Assembly (NCBI GenBank): GCA_951406725.2
Contig: OX597830.1
Coordinates: 58,900,001 to 58,964,000, forward strand
DNA length: 64,000 nucleotides
Origin: Octopus vulgaris
Taxonomy: Eukaryota
Direction of reading: 5' to 3'
The notes under the pieces are model-generated. The model worked only from the letters and a program-made list of their open reading frames with translations, was not told the origin of the DNA and ran no database searches. Below, piece after piece: positions 54,635 to 64,000 of this stretch. How positions within the stretch are numbered: position 1 is the first letter of the stretch; every line of letters starts with the position of its first letter. Position numbers and translations under genes: made by a program.

Positions 54635-57600
54635 TCAGAGTCAGAAAATTCTAGTGAAATATCTTTATGTAGTACGTCACATATAGGGGTTTTCTAAGGA
54701 TGTGAGCAGTACTTTTCAGCACAATCTTTTGAATTTCTCCGAGACAAGGTTCTCCTGGGATCTTATCTCGATATTTCTGGCATCCCTTTCTTATCATACC
54801 TAGGGCACCTACAATAACAGGAACAGTTCTCCCTTTAAGATGCCACATCTTTTGTATTTCAATTTCCATGTCCTTATATTTACTTATTTTCATCAGTGGG
54901 AACTCTTACATCTGTTAGTCTACAAGTATTTTCATCTTTGTCTTTCATAATTATGTCTGGTCGGTTAGTCTGAATCGTTCTGTCAGTGTTGACTGGACAA
55001 TCTCAGAGGGCAGTGACAGTTTTACCTTCAACGACTGGCTCAGGATGATGTTCATATCAGTAAGCAGGAGAGATGATTTCGTAATGTTTACATATTTTCC
55101 ATATGGTGGCGATTTTCGTATTCGTTTGGTGTCAGCACAAGACATTCCGAGACGAGATGATCTATCGTTCTATCAAATGTGTCGCAGAATCTGAATTTGG
55201 GGGTCAGAACCATTTTGAAGAATGTTAGACTGGAAGAATGTTATTTTGTCATACCTTCAAAGCCTTTGGACTTAGTAGTTTTTTTGTGAGCAAGCTTTGG
55301 TATTGTGCTGCCAATATGGAAGTCTCTGTTTTCAGTCCTGAACTTCTCAGCAGCTGATGGGTTGTTACTTGGTCCACATCAGCATCTTGACTTCAGATTA
55401 TATACTGTTCATGCAGAGACTTCTGGTTCCCTTGCTTCTCAATTTGTTTCAGCCTGTTCCTTTTTGCAGTCTGCTTAAACCGCTTTGCTTGTTTTGTAAC
55501 AGTGGTTTCAGGTTCTTCAACTATTCTAGGGTTAATTCTAAGTACCCACGTGAATTTGCAAGCTTCCTTGACAATTGAATGTAACTTCATGCTGCTTTTG
55601 TGTTTGCACACAAGTTGCAGCGTCCAGTCCTCTGTACTTGGTAAGTACCTGTTCATTGTTATTGTGGAGGTCTTATAGCACACTTCTTCCTGCATCATTC
55701 CTCTTCCCCTATTACTTCTAGGTAGGTACAGATGATCAACATCTGCATTTGGGTGGTCCATGTTCTTAGAAGTTAGTATTTTTTCTTTACTTCTTGTCCA
55801 GGTATTGGAGCTCTGTAAGATTCCAGTTAATGACGTTAAAACTATATTTGACTACTGGAAGTGCCAGGGTGTTAATGGCTTCGATGCGATTTTTAGAGTT
55901 GAGTTCAGTTTTTATTATGAGTCTTATTACCTTGTAATATTCTTTTCATATTTCCCCTCCATAGTAGCATATTGTATACCATCTCCTTCGTTTATCCCCA
56001 AGTATTTGTAATTTTCTTGTGGGTCAAGCTCCTTGATGGTATCTAATTTAATGGAAGCTGTTTGCCTGAGCTTGCCTCTTACAAAGGTTACTTTAGCACA
56101 CTTATCACAGCCAAAGTCCATCCCGATGTCATTGCTGAATTATTTCACAGTTGTTAGCAGCCCTACTAGCTCGTCGTCATTTCGAGCAAACAGCTTCAGA
56201 TCGTCCATATAAAACAGATGATTTATTGTCGTATTGTAAACTTTGAATCCATACCTGGTGTTATTTAGTTTATTTAAGAGTGGGATCAGTGCCATGCAAA
56301 AGTGTAATGGGGAGTGGAAGTCACCTTGAAAGATGCTTCTCGTTTGAAGTTGATGTTGGTAATTTGGCTCATCCCATTACTATGGTTTAGAAGGAGACGT
56401 GTGTTCCACCTGGCCATGCTACCTTGCAAGAATTTGGAAACGACAGGAGAGATCTTAGGGTTAGGGTTAGAGTTAGCGTTAGGGTTATATTTCAAGGGCT
56501 TTGAGTATCCAATTGTGTGAGACACTCTAAAAACATTTCCTGTAGTCTTTCCATGCCATATTCAGATTTTTCTTTTTGCTCCGGAAATTCTCTGCGATCA
56601 TTTTACTTATGAGTAATTGATATTTGCACCCATAAGAATTCCCTTTACAGCTTTTTGGGGCTTGTGGAAGAATAGATCTTTGTTCAAGGAAAGCGTATAT
56701 TCAGTCAATTAATATGGATGTGAGGATCTTGTAAGTGGCGTTGAGACATGTTATTGGTCGGTAGTTCTTTGGATTTTTTGTGTCTTCAGTTTTTGGTAAA
56801 AGGTATGTTGTTCCTTCGGTCAGCCAGGTAGATATTTGTCCTGGGTTCTGGATGACATCAGTCAGAGATGTAACTAGATTTTGGTGTACTTCTGTCACAC
56901 AATTCAGCCAGAGGTTAGGGATTCGGTCCAGTCCTGGAGTATTCTTAGACTTCCTAAGAACTCATCATAGTTCTTCTTTCCTATTGCTTTCCATTTCTGC
57001 TCTTCAACTCTATCCAGTCTCACTTTCTCACGCTCTATCCAGCTAGCTTTATCATTATATTCTTTTTTGTTGTCTCACATCTTCTTCCAGAAGATGGCTC
57101 CTTTATTTCTATCTTACTTTTGTCGATTTCCGTACAAAATTTCTTTGCATTTGTCTTGAATGTCTTGTTTTGTCGATAACATTTAATTCTTTCGTCATAC
57201 CTTCTAAGCGTTGGGCTTTCAGTTGTATTCATTATTTCAATTGTTCCTTGGTTGCAGGGGGGGGGGGGGTTATAGACTCTTTGATTTTATATTTTTGCTT
57301 GATTTTTCTAGCTCGTTTCGTCTTAGCATTTACTCCTCAAGCAAGTTCATCGAGAACTAATACATCCGCCCGCAGAGATTCGATCTCTTTTTGTATTGCT
57401 ACGTTCCACTTAGGCGTTCTATTGACATGATTGGTCCTTTTCCGTGTTGTCCTGATACCTAGTTGAACAGTTACAACTTTAGCAGTGGAATAGATGAAGT
57501 TGTTTAAGGTTGTTAGGTCATTTCCCTTATTGCTTAAGATCTAAGAGCAACTTTATATATCATGATTATGTTGGTTTTTATGTTGTTTGAGAACTTTGCC

Positions 57601-58127
57601 AGTGGAACTCGATTGATGATGTCCGTAGACTCAGTCTTGCTGATCTCTCTGATAATATCTTCGTTTGCTTCTATGATCTCCTCTTTATTATTCACTTCAA
57701 ATTCTGTCATACCTATTCTGGTGTTCTCGAGGTCTACTTTCTCCTCTTTGTCCGCATGTCTGTTCTTCACTATTCACTCTTCAGCTTCCTCGCTGGGATG
57801 AACTGCTCGTACACTGGGTTCTGTGCATCTGTTACCTATTTCATCTGCATTGTTGTTGTTTTCTTTCGGTCTACCATGACATATTTGTGTCCTAATTGGG
57901 CTAATTTCAGCGTCAGTTAACCTTTTATTCTTAATGATGTTTCTACGTACGTTACTTAGTTTATTTGCATCTATATATCTGCGTACTTTATTGCTTACTA
58001 AGTTTCTCCAGGAAATGTAAGTTTGTACTATGAGGTTATTGCTTGGGTTTAGTTGCGCTGTATAGAAAGCTTTCAACACATCTCTATAATCCTCTCTGGT
58101 ACAAGCTGCTTTGCCTTTATCGGTCAT
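54635..58127 (-). mobile_element. Near full-length decayed R4/Dong-like element (family X)
   Basis: N-terminus TREDYRDVLKAFY...ANKLSNVRRNIIK; RT motifs NYRPITCL and LFYMDDLKLF; RLE C-terminus GCQK...PGEPCL.EIQKIVL, as in 47.9-48.9 kb; followed by (TAA)n. Confidence 0.9.
56455..56487 (+). repeat. Short interstitial telomeric repeat, ~5 units of TTAGGG
   Basis: TTAGGG TTAGGG TTAGAG TTAGCG TTAGGG TTA within RT coding sequence. Confidence 0.85.
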
Positions 58128-61100
58128 GTCTCCTTGTCGTTCAGAAAATGACGACAGTCAAAATAATGGGCCGGACGTTGTTCCTCATGTCCCGCAAATA
58201 AAACCGAAAAGACATAAATGGACACGTGAGGAATACATTTCTATCCTACACGTTTACTTTACAGCAGTGCTCTACCCAAAGAATGAATATACAACAACAC
58301 ATACATACAAAATATGGAAGAAAAATAACATAAATAAAGACCTTGATACAACAATGAACCCTAATAAACTAGCAAATATACGGAGATATATTCTCAACGC
58401 AAAAAAAAAATATCAGAAATAGAAATAGAACATTTAAAAGAAAAAATACATCAGGAAAATGTAGATAGAAGCCACACAACAATGCCCAAATAATATAAAC
58501 ACTGAAACAGTAAAACACGAAGACAAACGTAACATTTCCAACAAACACGATGTAAACAAAAAACAACAAACCCAGACCGTAAGGATACATAATAATACAT
58601 GACAAACAGTAAGCCAAAACACGACAAACAAACATACGGATAAGAGATAGAAAGCGACACAAATCTAAAATCTGAAAACAACGAAGAGGAGCCTAATGAT
58701 TATGAAACTATGAAAAGTAGAATAATCAAAGAACTGAAAACCACAGAGCTCAAAATGGACCACCGACCATACCTCCCAAAAATCAAAATAGACGAAACAA
58801 CAACACCAATTATAAACAGCATAAACCTAGCCGTCACGGAACTAATAGCCACTGAAACAAAAAGCGATATCACTGAGCTAAATGACTCAGTATACGCAGC
58901 AGCCACTGCAGCCACAAAAGAAGCTGGATACTCACTCAAACCCATCCAAACAGGAGTACCACCACCCAAACAGACCCTGTGGATAAATAACATCCAAAAC
59001 AAAATACAAAAAATGAGAAAAGATCTGTCGATTCTTAATGAAATCAGTAGACAATCAACGCTACTGAGTAACAAAAAGAAAACAAAAATACTCCGCAAAT
59101 ACAACACTACAGAAAAAGATTTATCTGATATAAAAGAAATGCTAAAGCAAGATATCCTTGCCAAAGCACAAAGGATCCGCCGGTACGAGAAACGCCAACG
59201 TTTCTTTGAACAAAACAAAAAGTTCAACTCCAACCCCAAAAAGTTCTACCAAGAACTTGGCAAAAATAAAATAGAAATCACTGCAGCACCAACGGCAGAA
59301 GTGGAAGAATTCTGGAGAGAAATATGGTCGGCGAACGAACAACCAAATAAAGGAGTATTAAAACAACAAACTCAGCATCTGAGCAACTTTGGACACCCAT
59401 AACAACTGAAGAGGTCACTCAGGCACTGCAAAGACTAAGCAACTGGAAGGCACCTGGGCATGACAAGATCCCCAACTTCTGGTTGATATATCTAACAGGA
59501 ATGCACAAAAAGCTGGCTGAAAATTTTAACAACATACTGGCAGAGCCAGAGACAATGCCTGAATGGCTCACGAAGGGGAAAATCATCTTAATTCCCAAAT
59601 CAAATGAGACAGCAAAACCAGAAAACTACAGACCAAAAACCTGTCTCCCTACAATGTACAAGGCATTTACTGCAGTGATATCGCAAAGGTTGAACAAGCA
59701 CCTGGACGAAAACAACCTGTTTCCAGAAGAGCAGAAAGGATGCTGCAAAGGCTCATATGGCTGTAAATATCAACTAATGATTAATAAAGCCATAACTGAA
59801 GACAGCCACAGAAAGAAGAAAGGCCTCAGTATGGCCTGGATTGACTACAAAAAGGCGTTTGATAGCATCCCCCACACATGGATCCTCGAAACACTAGCCA
59901 TTAACAAAGTTGCACCAACAATTATAAAATACATAGGACACTCTATGAATAAATGGCAAACAGTGCTACAGCTCCAAACAAAAGAGGGACTCATGAAAAC
60001 CAAAGACATCCCCATTAGAAGAGGAATATTCCAGGGAGATACGCTCTCTCCACTCCTTTTCTGCTTGGCACTGTCACCTCTATCTGATATGCTAAATAGA
60101 ACTGGATGCGGATATAAATGTTACGGCAAAACGATCAGCCACCTTTTATATATGGATGACCTAAAACTATACGCTGCAAATGACAAACAGCTGGAAACAC
60201 TATTAAAGACAGTTCATGGATTTACCAAAGAAATAGATATGAAATTTGGATTTAAAAAATGCGCCAAAGTAACCTTGAAAAGAGGAAAACTAGTTAAGAG
60301 TAGTAACATCACACTAGATAAAACCAATGAAATAAAAGAATTAGACCAAAGCCAAACTTACAAATACTTAGGAATCCATGAACTAGATAAGACGCAACAC
60401 ACACAAATGAAAGAGAAAATAAAAAAAGAATATTATAGACGAGTTAGATCAATACTAAAAACAGAGCTCAATGCTAAAAACAAGATAATAGGTATTAACA
60501 CTTTAGCTGTCCCAGCTATAAGTTACAGCTACAATATCCTTAACTGGACACTAAATGAACTGACCAAAATAGATAGGAAAACAAGAAAAATAATGACAGG
60601 ATCTAGGATGCATCACCCAAAATCTGACATAGAAAGACTATATATACAACGTATAGAAGGTGGTAGAGGCCTTATACAGCTAGAAAACTACTATAAAATA
60701 ACTAAAAATATCTACTTCAGAAGGAAGGAAAACTGATACAAATAGCGGCAAAACACGAGTAAAACGAAAAACTGTTCTCAGTATTTAAGGAAGCTGAAAA
60801 ATACAAACAAGAAATCATACCACCTAACAAATATGAAGAAGAAGAAGAAGAAGAACAAGAAGAAGAAGAAGAAGAAGAAGAAGAAGAAGAAGAAGAAGAA
60901 GAAGAAGAAGAAGAAGAAGAAGAAGAAGAAGAAGAAGAAGAAGAAGAAGAAGAAGAAGAAGAAGAAGAAGAAGAAGAAGAAAAAACAACAAAAGCTATAA
61001 AACAAATGAAATCCAAACTAAAACTAGAACAGCAAAGAACCATGATAAAAAAGTTGGCAAGAAAAGCCCCTTCATGGTAAATACTGCACTAAACTAAATG

Positions 61101-61920
61101 CAAAAGAAATAGACAAAGAAAAATCCCAGCAATGGTTGAGAAGCTCAGGACTCAAAGCAGAGACAGAAGGATTTTTATTGCAGCACAAGACCAAAGCCTC
61201 CTCACCAGAAATTACCAAAAACATGTAATGAAAAGAAATATAACAAGTAACTGCAGAATATGTGGAGATGGACAAGAAACAATAAATCATATTATCTCTG
61301 GCTGCCCAGTCCTGGCTAAGAAGGAATATATTCACAGACATGACAGAGTTGGAACCTACATGCATTGGAAGCTATGCCAACATTATGGAATAACAACAGA
61401 AAAAAGATGGTATAGGCACACACCAGAAAAGGTCACAGAAAACGAGAAAGCAACCATACTCTGGGATATGCCAATACACACAGATAGAGAAATTAAGGCC
61501 AACAGACCAGATATAGTTGTCAGAGATCATGAAGAAAAAAATGCTTTCTAATTGATGTATCAATACTGGCAGATGACAACGTGTCTCTAAAAGAAATGGA
61601 GAAACTTTCAAAATACAAAGACCTGGAAATAGAGGTAACTAGAATGTGGAATCTGAAAACAGAAACAATTCCTATCATAGTAGGTGCATTAGGCATGTTA
61701 AAAAAATATTCAGACAAATACATAACAAAAACACCAGGACTTACAAACACATATAACATACAGAAAATTACACTACTAGGCACTGCACACATCCTACGCA
61801 GAACACTTTCCATACAATAACCATCAGAGCATCACAACAAATCACAGCACATACCCAAGGCACACAGAGCTGCGCTCGATAGTGAAGTGAAAGCACGCTA
61901 TAAAAATAAAACTACTGAAT
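58126..61920 (+). mobile_element. Near full-length R4/Dong-like RT-RLE retrotransposon (family V), several frameshifts
   Basis: KWTREEY N-terminal motif; RT 59483-60736 (NYRP, IDYKKAFD, GIFQGDTLSPLLF, YMDD, YKYLG); CRICGDGQETINHIISGC, RHD, NRPDIVV, KYKDL. Ends at (TAA)n 61918-61998. Confidence 0.95.
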
Positions 61921-61921
61921 G

Positions 61922-61999
<78 letters not shown>

Positions 62000-62310
62000 T
62001 ATTCTTTTATTAGCCACAAGGGCTCACATGCAAAAATATGAAATGACATACAGCATGAAAGAAATATACATGAAGATACAATAGGTTTTCACGTGTCACA
62101 ATGTAATAACAATTAAAAATTGAACAAATTAAAACTCCCAATAGGGGAGGCGCTTTAACGTCCTTGTGGAAAACCCCACAAAATCCCAGGGTGCCTGATC
62201 AACAGGACATGTGTCCTTCTCCTTTGATTCTCTTTTTACAGGTGCACACTCAGAACTGGTCCTTTCACACTGGCCATTCTTCCAACATTCACCCACCTTT
62301 CAACAAACTT
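62000..62310 (-). mobile_element. Tx1/L1-like 3' terminal fragment
   Basis: Reverse-complement homology to 41500-41625. Confidence 0.65.
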
Positions 62311-62520
62311 GCTACAATGAAGAGAGTAGACGTGATACCAATAGTAATTGGTACACTTGGAAGTCTCAGCACTCAACTACCAGCATGGCTGAAAAAGATC
62401 GGTACCGGTGTGAAGGTAGAACACCTACAAAAAACAGGCCAGTCTGTTGATTGATTTTCGTCGATGCTCAAAGTCACCCCGAGAACATCTTATGACTTTC
62501 GCTGACAAGCCAAATTATCC
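62311..62520 (+). mobile_element. R4/Dong-like 3' fragment
   Basis: MKRVDVIPIVIGTLGSLS...KKIG..VKVEHLQKT. Confidence 0.7.
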
Positions 62521-62784
62521 GGCTAGTAGAAAGTTGTGAGCGTTTGACAATATTCCAGTTGCTAAGCGCCCTGTCTCGGTTTTCGTATGATACAGGACTG
62601 CAAATTCGTCGAAGAGACAAGCTATGATAAAACGTGTCTGACAAACGGCGACATACCTCATTACTGTTGAGGGATCTCTGTACGATTGCGTGACCCGGGT
62701 GCGTGTCTGCGTATTACTAGCTATAGCATGCCCAATCCTCCACGTAGCAGTTGTTGGCAGCAAAAGACTTGTTTGACAGTGAAA

Positions 62785-63140
62785 CGCATCCCATCTACAA
62801 AGAAAATCGACCCCAGTGCGTAACTTGCACTTATTTAATCAACCCCGAAAGGATGAAAGGCAAAGGCGACCTCGGCGGAATTAGAACTCAGAACGTAGCG
62901 GCAGACGAAATACCGCTAAGCATTTCGCCCGGCGTGCTAACCATTCCGTCTTAACAATAATAATGATAATAATAATCCTTTCTACTATAGGCACAAGGCC
63001 TGGAATTTGTTGATGGTGGGATAATCAATGACATCGACCGCAGTATTTGACTGGTGCTTAATTTATCAACTCCGGCGGAATTTGAAATCAGAGCGAAGTG
63101 CTCGTCCGGCCTGGTAACGAATTTGCCAGCTCGCTACCTA
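62785..63140 (-). mobile_element. Two CORE-SINE copies (62785-62945, 62975-63140)
   Basis: CCCCGAAAGGATGAAAGGCAAAG...CTCAGAACGTAGCGGCAGACGAAATACC; AGGCACAAGGCC tail. Confidence 0.8.
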
Positions 63141-63242
<102 letters not shown>

Positions 63243-63928
63243 AATAGTAATGACTTCATTTATTTGCCACAAGGGCGAAAGATGAGGAAGACAGACATAA
63301 TGTGTGGGACTTTACATATAATGAAATGATAAGAAAGAAGGAAAGAAAGAAAGAAAGTGTACACTGAAAAAGAAGGGGCATTTGCATAGCATTAATAATA
63401 ATTTTTTCTAGGCTAGGTCTTCCTACAGTGACAACATTTTTCCCCCTATCGGAATATGGGGACGCCTTGGAGAGAATGAAGTGTGAGCTGTCTGACCAAC
63501 CGAACATGTGATAATGGCATGTGCTAATGTCGAACAGAATATTATCATATATGATAGAAGACAGGCAGACATTTGCTTCTTTTAACTTTGAAGCAGGTTT
63601 CTTTGTTTGGTTTTTGTTGACGATGAAATTTAATTTCAAAAGGGAGGAGAAAAGACATTTATTTAATTGACTCATAAATCGGTCTCAAACAATAAGAACC
63701 TCTCTCCCCGCAAATACAAAATTGGTAATCAAAACAGACACGCACCCACATAGACACACATACATGCGCATACACACGTATGCACAACTATACACACACT
63801 CACCTAGACACACGCAAACACACTAACACATTCACACCTGCACACATATGTATTTATACATATATATATATATATATAATATACATATATGTATATAAGT
63901 ATGTATTATGTATGTATGCGCAAATATG

Positions 63929-63960
<32 letters not shown>

Positions 63961-64000
63961 TACTCTCACACATATATATGCATATGTGTATGTATGTTTA

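Noticed and set aside
59483-60736. RT ORF as an active element, retron or group II intron
   Set aside because: The downstream CCHC and RLE domains identify a non-LTR retrotransposon, and frameshifts on both sides make this copy non-functional as assembled.

Overview
AT-rich, microsatellite-saturated eukaryotic DNA. The SINE families and the (TA)n/(TATG)n/(TAA)n density suggest a coleoid cephalopod, probably Octopus; this is an inference from recalled repeat families, not a search result. Only one host coding exon is credible: 33594-33927 on the minus strand, encoding a signal peptide and Thr-rich segment and ending at a canonical phase-1 donor, with a promoter-like region upstream. Bases 1-33.6 kb may therefore be intron. 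Most listed ORFs are microsatellite artefacts. Mobile elements include tRNA-derived SINEs of three families, a maT (DD37D) transposon, mariner and Chapaev3-like fragments, and Tx1/L1-like ORF1 elements. A dense ~18 kb cluster (44.6-62.5 kb) holds about a dozen R4/Dong-like RLE retrotransposon pieces from several families, on both strands, largely separated by (TAA)n arrays. The most unusual signal is a set of seven minimal type-I hammerhead ribozyme motifs, one with an intact core at 13285-13327. Five lie in non-coding fold-back elements or a truncated copy of one, consistent with a Penelope/retrozyme-like non-autonomous system. Element boundaries were read by eye and are approximate.
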